From: Vulcanimicrobiota bacterium
GTDB lineage: Bacteria > Vulcanimicrobiota > Vulcanimicrobiia > Eremiobacterales > Eremiobacteraceae
DNA: 64,000 bases
Direction of reading: 5' to 3'
NCBI GenBank assembly: GCA_963812135.1
Contig: CAWETU010000001.1
Span: 128,001 to 192,000 of the forward strand
Part shown: one piece after another, positions 34,795-43,902 of the stretch
How positions within the stretch are numbered: position 1 is the first letter of the stretch
How the letters are laid out: every line of letters starts with the position of its first letter
Translations under genes and position numbers: made by a program
The notes under the pieces: model-generated
Told to the model about the DNA's origin: nothing
Databases searched by the model: none
Seen by the model: only the letters and a program-made list of their open reading frames with translations

Positions 34795-36444
34795 ATGAAA
34801 ATTTTGCCATTGACGCCGTTGAAGATCGTCTGGGCGCTCGGCATCGCGTGCGTCCTGTCGGCCCATCCAGCTTCGGCTGAGACGCATCGCGTGGCGGATG
34901 TGCCGCCGAACCCCTGGCACAATGTCACACTCGTCGGCCAAAGCGCGCTGTTCAATCGCGGCATGAACGCGGCTCTCGCGATCTACGATCACTACGTATA
35001 TGTCGGCAACCGCACGGACGGATCTGCGACGTGCGTCGGGAGCTCAGGACTTCCCTCGGGCACCACGTGCCCGCACCCGCACGCCGGCGTGCTGATCGTC
35101 GACGTTGTCGATCCGGCGAGCCCGAAGATCGTCGGCGAGATCGGGCGGCCGTACGCGGGCAACCTGGGTATCACGACCCGCGAGCTGCGTGTGTGGCCGG
35201 CGAAGAAGCTGCTCGTCATCATGAACTTCCGCTGCAGCCTCTTGCTGCATGCGTGCCAGCGCGGCACCGACGAGCAGTTCCCTTTTGACATCTCCTTCTT
35301 CAGCTTGAGCGACCCGATCCACCCGAAATTCCTGTCTCGATACGTGCCGACGTCGCGCGCGGGCAAGCCGGTCAAACCGCACGAGATGTTCCTGTGGGTC
35401 GACCCGAGCAATGCCGGACGGGCGCTGCTGTATCTCTCGACGCCGACCATCTCGATCGATCCGGCGTCGCCGAATCTGATCGTCGCGGATATTAGCCCCG
35501 TGCCCGGCGGCGGCGCGGCAACAGAGATCGCCGAAGGAAATTGGAATGGCCTGTATCCCGGCACGCATCAGGCCGACTATCCGCTCGTCGCGGGTTCGCG
35601 CGACAAGTGCGGGGCGTACGACTGCAACCTGTTCGTGCACTCCATAAGCCTCACTCCCGACGGCAAGCGCGCGTTCCTGTCGATGGAGGCCGGTCAGTTC
35701 CTCGTACTCGACACGTCATCGGTGGCGAATGCCGGCGCTCACAGCGCGGTGCTGTCGTTGAACGACGACTTGATCACGTCGCCGGCTGACAGGCCGGTGT
35801 GGGGACAGACGCCGTCACAACCCGATGCGGTGCCGCAAAACTGCGCGAAGGCTTGCGCGAACGGCCACTCGGCGGTGAAAGTGCCCGGCCGTCAGCTGGT
35901 CGTGACCACTGATGAGGTCTATGGCACGTACAGCGACCCGAAATTCGGGTGTCCGTGGGGCTGGGAGCGGCTCATCGACATCTCAAACCCGGCGCATCCG
36001 TCGGTCGTCGGCGAGTACCGGATCGATCGAGATCTGCAGTCGTTCTGCGGCGGTCCTGCCGACGACGCGCGCACCGAACAATACACCAGCTTCTCTTCTC
36101 ACAATCCCACGGTGCTGCCGCATCTCGCGATCGTGACGTGGCATTCCGGCGGCCTGCAGGTGAGCGACATCAGCGATCCCGCGCATCCCGTCCAAGCCGG
36201 CTGGTTCTCGCCGCAGCTGCTCGACACGGTGGCCACCGAAGATCCCGCGCTGACGCGAGGCGCGAGCAAGGTCGTGTTCTGGAGCTACCCCATCATCCGG
36301 AACGGGCTCATCTACGCGGTCGACATCCGCAACGGCTTGTTCATCATGCGATATACCGGTCCGCATGCCGACGAGGTCGATGCCATCAAATTCCTGGAGG
36401 GCAACTCGAACCTCGGCGACGCCGGGCGGCTCGATCGACCGTAG
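34795..36444 (+). CDS. Secreted LVIVD-repeat protein
   Basis: Signal peptide; LIVDVVDPASPKIVG, LIDISNPAHPSVVG, VSDISDPAHPVQAG repeats. Confidence 0.8.
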   Translation: MKILPLTPLKIVWALGIACVLSAHPASAETHRVADVPPNPWHNVTLVGQSALFNRGMNAALAIYDHYVYVGNRTDGSATCVGSSGLPSGTTCPHPHAGVLIVDVVDPASPKIVGEIGRPYAGNLGITTRELRVWPAKKLLVIMNFRCSLLLHACQRGTDEQFPFDISFFSLSDPIHPKFLSRYVPTSRAGKPVKPHEMFLWVDPSNAGRALLYLSTPTISIDPASPNLIVADISPVPGGGAATEIAEGNWNGLYPGTHQADYPLVAGSRDKCGAYDCNLFVHSISLTPDGKRAFLSMEAGQFLVLDTSSVANAGAHSAVLSLNDDLITSPADRPVWGQTPSQPDAVPQNCAKACANGHSAVKVPGRQLVVTTDEVYGTYSDPKFGCPWGWERLIDISNPAHPSVVGEYRIDRDLQSFCGGPADDARTEQYTSFSSHNPTVLPHLAIVTWHSGGLQVSDISDPAHPVQAGWFSPQLLDTVATEDPALTRGASKVVFWSYPIIRNGLIYAVDIRNGLFIMRYTGPHADEVDAIKFLEGNSNLGDAGRLDRP

Positions 36445-36479
36445 CCTAAGCCGCATCTTTGGAGCGAAGGAGGAACACT

Positions 36480-36932
36480 ATGCATCGAGCCATCGCCTTC
36501 GGACTCGTCGTCGTGTTCGCACTCATCGCGACGATAACGGAGCGGCCGCGCGGTCAAGCCGCGCCGGTGACCACCAAATCGTCCGTCACCGGCACGCAGG
36601 CGCTGCAGGCGCTCGACGACGCATCGGGTGAGCTCGACCAGCTCGCACAGATCCAACAGAAGATGATGCAGATCAGCAAACAGCAGGCGAAGATCTATTC
36701 CGCACTGAGCAGCCAGGCCGCTGCGCTTGCCAAGGTCGCGGGAGGTAAGAGCTCGCAAGCGCAGCTCGCGCAGGCGACCCAGAACATGCTAGAGGCGCAG
36801 ATGAGCTTCAATCTTCAATATCTGGGGTTGCAGAACCAGATTCAGAGCGAAAACCGCCAGTTCACGCTGGTCAGCAACGTCATGAAGACCAAGCACGACA
36901 CGGTGAAGAATAGCATCAGCAACATCCGCTGA
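36480..36932 (+). CDS. Secreted helical protein with a T3SS needle-subunit-like C-terminus
   Basis: AGGAGG SD; N-terminal hydrophobic signal; C-terminus QYLGLQNQIQSENRQFTLVSNVMKTKHDTVKNSISNIR. Confidence 0.75.
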   Translation: MHRAIAFGLVVVFALIATITERPRGQAAPVTTKSSVTGTQALQALDDASGELDQLAQIQQKMMQISKQQAKIYSALSSQAAALAKVAGGKSSQAQLAQATQNMLEAQMSFNLQYLGLQNQIQSENRQFTLVSNVMKTKHDTVKNSISNIR

Positions 36933-36950
36933 AGCTGACGTGCGGCTTGG

Positions 36951-37506
36951 TTAGGGCTTGCGCGCGATGGCGAATACCGCGTTGGTCTCCACGCTTCTGA
37001 CATCCAGCGCGGCAAGGCGCGCGAGCGTCGCGTTGCGTACTCGCTCCGCGGCCTCTCGATCGAGTTGTTCGATCGTGCCCCGGTAACCCGATCCGAGCGC
37101 GATACTCCAGAAATCATCGCTGCTGGCCAGCTGCTGGGCGCCGGGCTCTGCAACGACCTCGTCCGCCGGCGCACCGCCTTCGCTCATCACGGCCGCGAGC
37201 GCACCTGGATCGGTGACCGAGTCCCACGGGTTGAAGCTCTTGTAGAGATCCGGTCGCTCGCTGTGCACGGCATCCCAGAACGCCGTGCTGCCGGGCTCGG
37301 CCTTCCGCCCCTACGGTCTGCGCCGCCGGAATCGCGCTCGCTCCCGAGCCGCAGTACGCGTCGAGGACGTGCGCCCCGCGTTTGAGCGACATGCGCTCGA
37401 CCGTGCGGCGTCCGATCCGTTCCCAGAACGCCAGCGGCGCCGCATCGAAAAAATCGGCAGCGGCGTTGTAGGTCGACTCCGCCCGCAGCTTGGGATCGTC
37501 ACTCAT
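36951..37506 (-). pseudogene. Class I SAM methyltransferase with an internal deletion and frameshift
   Basis: N-terminus VLDAYCGSGASAIPAAQTVGAEGR joins out of frame to C-terminal EPGSTAFWDAV...VETNAVFAIARKP; the middle is missing. Confidence 0.75.
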
Positions 37507-37554
37507 GCGTGCGAGGGCTTGGCGGCCACTGCGCGCGGCCCCTCGGCCACGCGA

Positions 37555-37848
37555 TCACGCGGTCAGGGCGCGTCTGATCTCGGTTTCAGCCCGGTCCGCG
37601 TACGACTCCACCATTTGGCGCGTCTCGCGGAACCAGCCGAGCAACGCTTCGCTTTGCGATTCGTTCTCCGCGCATTGATCGAGCACGCCCAAAAAACGCA
37701 CGGCCCCGCGCAGGCACGACAGCGTGTCTGACGCGATGCTTTGCTGGAAGTCGGTACAGGCTTTGAGGAACGTGTTGGTGGGTTTCCATCGGAGGCTCAC
37801 GAGCGCTTTCATGTGCTCTTCGATCTCGCTTGTCTCATCGCCGGCCAT
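37555..37848 (-). CDS. Hypothetical helical protein
   Basis: AAGGAG SD before ATG at 37848; 97 aa. Confidence 0.5.
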   Translation of the reverse strand: MAGDETSEIEEHMKALVSLRWKPTNTFLKACTDFQQSIASDTLSCLRGAVRFLGVLDQCAENESQSEALLGWFRETRQMVESYADRAETEIRRALTA

Positions 37849-37990
37849 CCGCAGCGTAGTCTCCTTCTCGTTCCCCCGCACGTGTATATCATTTCGCAGG
37901 TTGCTTCGTCTGTGCGCGTTGACACTGGAAGGCGTGCGGAGCACCCAAAATCGAGCAAGATTTCCGCGAGCCCCTCGGAACAACTGCCCT

Positions 37991-38527
37991 ATGCGCGGTG
38001 AATCCCGCTTCCGCTTGAACCCGTTGACCGCCGACGACGGGACGGCCGTCGCGCGACTTTTCGAGGCGAGCGCTGACTATTTCCAAATCGTTCTCGGCCG
38101 GCCACCGCGCACCAGCGATGCGCAAGCAGTCTATCATGATGGTCCCGAAGACGGCCGGGCGCCGGACGACAAACTGCTCTTTGGGATCCGCTTACCCGGC
38201 GATGAGGCGCTCGTCGGCGTACTCGACGTATTCGCTGACTATCCCGACCCGGGTGTCTGGTACATCGGCCTTGTGTTGCTCGAGCCGACGGCGCGGACGC
38301 GCGGACTTGGCCGAGCGATCGTCGAGACGTTCGCGCACGACGCTCGCCGCCACGGCGCGACGGAACTGCAAATCAACGTGGTCGAGCAGAACGTAGCGGC
38401 GCTTTCGTTCTGGACGCGACTCGGATTCACCGAGATGCGGCGCTGGCGTCAGCGCTACGGCGAGCGCGAGAGCACGTTCATCCGCATGCGCCGATCGCTT
38501 TCACCATCGCCCGATCAGATCGAATAG
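37991..38527 (+). CDS. GNAT acetyltransferase
   Basis: WYIGLVLL...RTRGLGR, N.AALSFW.RLGF. Confidence 0.88.
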   Translation: MRGESRFRLNPLTADDGTAVARLFEASADYFQIVLGRPPRTSDAQAVYHDGPEDGRAPDDKLLFGIRLPGDEALVGVLDVFADYPDPGVWYIGLVLLEPTARTRGLGRAIVETFAHDARRHGATELQINVVEQNVAALSFWTRLGFTEMRRWRQRYGERESTFIRMRRSLSPSPDQIE

Positions 38528-39792
38528 ACCGCCGGGTTCTGCGCGTCCGCGTAACCCTCATCGAACGCCGCTTGCAGATCTTCGGCATCATTGAAACCCA
38601 TGCTCGTGAGCTTGAGCGGTGACGCCGGCCGGATGATGCGCAGCGTGATCGGCTGCCAATCCGAGGCATTGATAGCCTCTAAGAATCGAGCGATCGGCTT
38701 GCTCAAGCCCTCGCGGGTGTGGTTGCGTGAAAGCAGATTGCGTGCGATCGCGATGCGGACATCGTCTTCGAGCAGCTTGCGTTGTGTGACCGCGAACGAT
38801 GCTTGCAGCAGGGCGGGCAACGTGGTGGGCGGCTTGGAGAGGCCCTCGTTGGGCGCGCTTGCGATGAGCACGGTGACGTCGGCGGCGCCCGCGGCGACAG
38901 CGGTGCTGACCGGCGTGTTGTTCGCCACGCCGCCGTCGACGAACAGATCGGCGCTGCCGTTCTCGGCGACCGGTACCGCCACCGGCTGGAACACGCCGGG
39001 GACCGCTGCCGACGCGAGGACCGCCTTCACCAAGTTGTCTTCCGTGAGGGCGAATCGCTGGCCGGTCGGCTCCAGCGTCCGGCCCATGCCCGTGGTCGAT
39101 GCCAGCGAGATCCGGCGGAGGAAATAGTCGCTGCGCTGCGCAGCCGCCGGGCCGGTGAAATGATAGAACGCGTCAGAGCTGAAGCGCGTCATGTTGGTGG
39201 CGGTCACGATCAAGCTGGTCTGTATCTGAGCCAGGGTGAGCGGATACTTCTTGACCATGCTGTCGATGCCGTCGCTGCTGACGACGCCCATGATGGTGCC
39301 GAGATCTTCCTTCGGGCCCATCGCTTTGAGTTCGCGGTTCGCCCGGCTCAAATAGCTCAGCTTGCGCGGGTACCCATGCTCGGTCGATTCTTGGAAGATT
39401 TGCCCTGCGTTGACCGCGTGTTGCGCCGGCGGCACGAGCTGCAAGATGTTCGCTTGCGGCGTGCTCAACCACAGCTGACCGACTTGCGCGATCGACGCAC
39501 TGCTGGCCCGCGCCGCGAACGCCGCGTTGATAGCGCCGGCTGAGGTGCCGCAGACGAGGTCGTAAGGCGGCCCTTGCGTGTCGATGTCCTTGAAGAGCCA
39601 TTTCAGTGCGCCCGCCTCGTATGCGCCGCGGGCTCCCGCGCCGCTGAGCACGATGGCCCGCGGCGGCACTTTGGGCCGCAGCGGCGGAGGCAATGGGAAC
39701 CACGGCGGCAATGCAGCGTCGGCGCGGTTTGCCGCACCGAAGGCGCCAAGCGCTCCGAGGGCGCCGAGGAAACCAAAACGAGACAGTCTCAT
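38515..39792 (-). CDS. Patatin-like phospholipase with an export signal
   Basis: VLSGAGARG, GTSAG, FVDGG; N-terminal SRFGFLG signal. Confidence 0.88.
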   Translation of the reverse strand: MRLSRFGFLGALGALGAFGAANRADAALPPWFPLPPPLRPKVPPRAIVLSGAGARGAYEAGALKWLFKDIDTQGPPYDLVCGTSAGAINAAFAARASSASIAQVGQLWLSTPQANILQLVPPAQHAVNAGQIFQESTEHGYPRKLSYLSRANRELKAMGPKEDLGTIMGVVSSDGIDSMVKKYPLTLAQIQTSLIVTATNMTRFSSDAFYHFTGPAAAQRSDYFLRRISLASTTGMGRTLEPTGQRFALTEDNLVKAVLASAAVPGVFQPVAVPVAENGSADLFVDGGVANNTPVSTAVAAGAADVTVLIASAPNEGLSKPPTTLPALLQASFAVTQRKLLEDDVRIAIARNLLSRNHTREGLSKPIARFLEAINASDWQPITLRIIRPASPLKLTSMGFNDAEDLQAAFDEGYADAQNPAVYSI

Positions 39793-39984
39793 AAGACCAC
39801 ATGACTCCTATCAGAGCGTGAGCCATAGGGATACGCGGCGCAATCATGCATCGCCTGTGCGCGCCGTGCGGAACCATCCTTCGCGCGTCCCGGTCGCGAC
39901 GGGTCGGCGATGCGTCTCTGCGCAACCGCGCGTCCTCTTAGTCCCACGCACGATTCCCCGCGCGGAGCCGTTCGGAGGCACATC

Positions 39985-40563
39985 ATGGCTATCGCAGCAG
40001 AACTAGTGAAAGTGGTCGCCGATCATTGGTGGGTGCTGCTCTTACGCGGCATCGTCGGCATTATCTTCGGCGCGCTGTTCATCTTCTATCCGGGAATCAC
40101 GCTCGTCGCGTTGCTCTATCTCTTCGGCGCGTACGCGCTCGTCGACGGCGTGTTCGCGCTTGTCCAAGCGTTTCGGCTCGGGATCCACAGCGATCGTTGG
40201 TGGCCGCTGATCTTCGAAGCGGTGATCGGCATCGTGGTCGGCATCGTGTTCTTCCGCTTCACCGGCCTGAGCGCGCTTGCCGTGGCGTTCACCATCGCGG
40301 TGTGGGCCATCGCGACCGGCATACTCGAGCTGGTCGCCGCGTTCCGTATGGGTGGCGGCGGCGGCGCGCCGTGGCTGTTGGGCGTCGGCGGCATCCTGTC
40401 GATCATCGTCGGGATCCTGTTCGCTGTGGCACCGCTGCCCGCGTTGCTGGCGTACGTGTGGGTGCTCGGCATCTACGCGATTGTCTTCGGCGTGATGCTG
40501 ATCGTGTGGGCGTTCAGATTGCGATCGACGACGGTCGTGGGAGGGGCGGCAGCGGCGACCTAG
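39985..40563 (+). CDS. HdeD/DUF308 membrane protein
   Basis: WWVLLLRGIVGIIFG, FGAYALVDG, WAIATGILE; six TM segments. Confidence 0.88.
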   Translation: MAIAAELVKVVADHWWVLLLRGIVGIIFGALFIFYPGITLVALLYLFGAYALVDGVFALVQAFRLGIHSDRWWPLIFEAVIGIVVGIVFFRFTGLSALAVAFTIAVWAIATGILELVAAFRMGGGGGAPWLLGVGGILSIIVGILFAVAPLPALLAYVWVLGIYAIVFGVMLIVWAFRLRSTTVVGGAAAAT

Positions 40564-41189
40564 ATCGGCGGTGCAGCGGAGCCGTTTTTCGAATAGCGCT
40601 CGATCATGCGCAGTGCTTCGAAATGGCCATGGCGTAACGCCTCACGCCAGTACGTCAGCGCCTGGTCGCGCTTGCCCAGCCGCAGGCTCGCCCAGGCAGC
40701 GTAATCCCACGCGAAATGGTTCGCCGGATCATTTTGAAAACCGCGCTGGCATGCTTCGAGCGCTTTAGGGTAGTTATGACCGATTTCGTAGTAGGTTCGG
40801 CACAGGTCGAAGGCGAGCGCGCCGTTTTTCGGATTGAAGGCGAGGCCTTGCGAAAACGTGTCAATCGCGGTTTGATACATCCCGGGCTCCGAGCGAGCGC
40901 TGAACATCTGCAACAAACCAAGGCCGAGCCAACCGTCGGGGACGCTCTTATCCACCGAAATCGCCTTGCGGTAGTAATGCTCGGCCGTTTTGAAATGGAG
41001 CGTGTGCTCGAAGCTCACGCCGCGATAGTAGACTGAAAATGCGAACAGCGGCCTGAAGATGAACCAACCGCAGACGAGCACGAGGGCTAAGATGATCCAG
41101 CGGTCGTAGGTCTTTATGATGTACGGCCGGGCGTCCGGTGTCGCAACGGGGATCGAGATCGTCTCCAGTCCCGCCTGTTCAGTGCTCAC
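40560..41189 (-). CDS. Membrane-anchored TPR protein
   Basis: N-terminal TM; TPR-like helices (AEHYYRKAI, ALTYWREAL); GTG overlaps the upstream stop. Confidence 0.75.
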   Translation of the reverse strand: MSTEQAGLETISIPVATPDARPYIIKTYDRWIILALVLVCGWFIFRPLFAFSVYYRGVSFEHTLHFKTAEHYYRKAISVDKSVPDGWLGLGLLQMFSARSEPGMYQTAIDTFSQGLAFNPKNGALAFDLCRTYYEIGHNYPKALEACQRGFQNDPANHFAWDYAAWASLRLGKRDQALTYWREALRHGHFEALRMIERYSKNGSAAPPI

Positions 41190-41869
41190 GCGATCACCGC
41201 GAAGAAGAGCGCGAGGAAGACCAGGACGTAGCCGGCTGCCATCTCCGCGGCGAGGTGCCATTTCTTCACGCCGGGATGGTTCGTATACCACGGTGCGAGC
41301 ACGCCGACGGCGAACACCGGCAAACTGTGGCCGATTCCGAAGAACAGCATGAGCATCGCGCCAAGACCGATCTTGCCTTGGAAGGTGGACACCGCGAGCG
41401 CGCCTATCATGAATGGCGTCGCATCGGGCGCGATAAGAAATGCGAAGCCGACCCCGAGCAGGAACGCGCCGGCGATTCCGTGTCCGAAATTGGCCAGCAG
41501 CGGGATCTTGATCGGGATCTCGATGAGCCTGATCATCGACAATCCCATGACCAGACATAGCGCGGCGGTGAAATAGTAGAGAAACCCAGTCAGCGAGAGC
41601 AACGCGCCGAACGAACCCGCAAGCGCCCCGACGGCGCAATACACGCAGCAGATCCCGACGACGAACGCCGCCGAGAGCAGCGCCGCGCGCCCTGCACTCG
41701 CCGCCTCGCGGCCCGTATAATTGACGATAGCCACCATGCGAGGGATGGTGGACGGGCTCAGACTGCTCAAGACGCCGCCCAACAGCATCAGCGCCATAGC
41801 GATAAACGGGTGGGCCTGGACGCTGTCGCCGATCTTGTCGGTGAGCGCGTAGATATTGGTGTAATCCAT
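41186..41869 (-). CDS. CcdA/DsbD-beta-like membrane protein lacking the catalytic Cys pair
   Basis: GGVLSSLSPSTIP and IAPDATP at the positions of the usual SPC..P / PC..P motifs; FGIGHSLP. Confidence 0.8.
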   Translation of the reverse strand: MDYTNIYALTDKIGDSVQAHPFIAMALMLLGGVLSSLSPSTIPRMVAIVNYTGREAASAGRAALLSAAFVVGICCVYCAVGALAGSFGALLSLTGFLYYFTAALCLVMGLSMIRLIEIPIKIPLLANFGHGIAGAFLLGVGFAFLIAPDATPFMIGALAVSTFQGKIGLGAMLMLFFGIGHSLPVFAVGVLAPWYTNHPGVKKWHLAAEMAAGYVLVFLALFFAVIA

Positions 41870-41973
41870 CTATAGAGAGAATATCGGCAGCAAGCGGTCA
41901 AAAAACGCAAGCGTGCGCCGGGACAGCGGCTTAGCGGCAGAGGTGACACCTCCGCCCGCAGAAGCACAGCGGG

Positions 41974-42213
41974 GTGATCACTCCCTTCGAGCTCACCGCC
42001 CTCATCCGACATGCGCTGCCGGACGCACACGTCGAGATATCCGACCGGACTGGGACGCACGATCACTACAATCTGAAAGTCGTGTCGAAGGGGTTTGCCG
42101 GGATGACGCCGCTGCAGCGGCACCGGCTGGTCTATAAGGCGCTCGGCGAGGCGCTCAAAGACGGCAGGTTGCACGCGGTCGAACTGACGACCCTGACCCC
42201 CGACGTGATGTAG
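41974..42213 (+). CDS. BolA/IbaG family protein
   Basis: DHY..VVS..FAG...LQRHRLVY, LHAVEL. Confidence 0.92.
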   Translation: MITPFELTALIRHALPDAHVEISDRTGTHDHYNLKVVSKGFAGMTPLQRHRLVYKALGEALKDGRLHAVELTTLTPDVM

Positions 42214-42226
42214 AAAGCATACCAAA

Positions 42227-42559
42227 ATGACTGACGACCTCAAAAAGCAGATCGACGACGAGATCAAGGCGCACAAGGTGCTCGTCTACGGCAAAGGGAC
42301 GAAGAGCGCGCCGCGGTGCGGTTTCACCATGGAGACGATCGCGTTCTTCAACCAGTTCGGCTACCCGTTCGAAGTCGTCGACGTCCTCGACGACATGCCG
42401 AAGCGCGAGGCGCTTGCGGAGATGACCGATTGGCCGACGCTCCCGAAGGTTTTTATCAACGGGGCGTTCTACGGCGACACCGATATCCTCGGCCCCATGC
42501 ACGAACGCGGCGAGCTTGCGCCGCTGCTCGACGAGACGTTCAAAGCTCCCGCCCGCTAA
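42227..42559 (+). CDS. grxD: Monothiol glutaredoxin (Grx4 type)
   Basis: KGT...PRCGFT, WPTLP, GDTDI; adjacent to bolA. Confidence 0.9.
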   Translation: MTDDLKKQIDDEIKAHKVLVYGKGTKSAPRCGFTMETIAFFNQFGYPFEVVDVLDDMPKREALAEMTDWPTLPKVFINGAFYGDTDILGPMHERGELAPLLDETFKAPAR

Positions 42560-42568
42560 CGCCCGCGC

Positions 42569-43900
42569 GTGAGCCAGGACGCCGGCTCGGGCGAGGCCGC
42601 GCGCGCGCTCCGTCTCGTCGTTTGGACCGTCGCAGCGACGACCTATTGCACGATGATCGTCGCGCGGACAGGGCCGTCGATCGCAGCGGATCAGATCAGC
42701 GCGGCGTTCGGGATCCCGGCGGTGGCCCTGGGCGCGCTCTTCGGCGCGCAATACTTCACCTACATGTTGTTGCAGCTGCCGAGCGGCGCGTTGGCCGATT
42801 CTGTCGGCCCTCGCTGGATGCTCGGTCTCGGCGCGCTGCTCGGCGGACTCGGCACGCTGCTGTTCGCGACGACGCACAGCTACCACATCGCGACTGCCGG
42901 CCGAGTGATGCTCGGCGTCGGCGACGCATTTATCTATCTCAACGCGCTGCGGCTCATCGGCAACTGGTTTCGCCCGCAGGAATATGCGACGTGGCTCGGG
43001 CTGCTCGGCGTCGCCGGCGGCATCGGCAGCCTGCTCGCGACCGCACCGCTCGCGTTGCTGCTCACGCATGTCGGGTGGCGTGCAGGATTCATCGGCGTCG
43101 CGTGCGCGCTGCTGCTCTCATCGATCGCATGCCTGGCGTGGGTGCGCAACAGTCCCGCTGACATCGACCCGAGTCGCCGGCACCGGAGCGTGCGCGAAGC
43201 GCTGCCTTCGCCACAGCGTTCGTTCGCCGCTGCGCTCACGGTCGCTCGCAACTCGCGTCAATGGACGGCGATCGCCGCCCATGCCGCCCTAGTCGGTCCG
43301 AGCATCGCGTTTTTCGGGGTGTGGGCCGTGCCGATGCTGCTCCAAGAATACGGCCTGTCGCGCGTGAGCGCGGGGATCTTCTTGATGTTCGCCACGCTGG
43401 GCGGGCTGATCGGCGGACCGGTGATCGCATACGCGAGCGATCGCCTTGGCGCGCGTCGCCCGTTGCTGCTCGCGTGCCTAGTGGCTGCGAGCACCTGCTG
43501 GATCGTCGTCGCACTGCTCGGCGGACGCCCGCCGCTGTGGTTTCTTTTCGTGACCGCGACGGTCACCAGCGTCGGAGCGGCGGGGACCGTGCTGGTGTTC
43601 GCGATGGCACGTGAAGTCAACCCGACAAGCTTGACCGGCATTGCCAGCGGCATGGTGAACGTTGGCGGATACTTGTGCGGCGCCATGTTGCAGATCGTGA
43701 TGGGACATGCGCTCGACAGCCACTGGGAGGGCGCGATCGTCGACGGCGCACGCGTCTACACCGCCGGCGGTTTTGCCAATGCGTTCTCGTGGGTCGCTGC
43801 GACATGCGCGGTGCTGACGGTCATCGCATTGCGCGCACCCGAAACGGGACGCCGGTCGCGGCACAGCGAAGGACTGGAGCCCACTCCAGACACTCCATAA
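42569..43900 (+). CDS. MFS transporter
   Basis: About 12 TM segments; QLPSGALADSVGPR and SDRLGARR motifs. Confidence 0.92.
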   Translation: MSQDAGSGEAARALRLVVWTVAATTYCTMIVARTGPSIAADQISAAFGIPAVALGALFGAQYFTYMLLQLPSGALADSVGPRWMLGLGALLGGLGTLLFATTHSYHIATAGRVMLGVGDAFIYLNALRLIGNWFRPQEYATWLGLLGVAGGIGSLLATAPLALLLTHVGWRAGFIGVACALLLSSIACLAWVRNSPADIDPSRRHRSVREALPSPQRSFAAALTVARNSRQWTAIAAHAALVGPSIAFFGVWAVPMLLQEYGLSRVSAGIFLMFATLGGLIGGPVIAYASDRLGARRPLLLACLVAASTCWIVVALLGGRPPLWFLFVTATVTSVGAAGTVLVFAMAREVNPTSLTGIASGMVNVGGYLCGAMLQIVMGHALDSHWEGAIVDGARVYTAGGFANAFSWVAATCAVLTVIALRAPETGRRSRHSEGLEPTPDTP

Positions 43901-43902
43901 GA

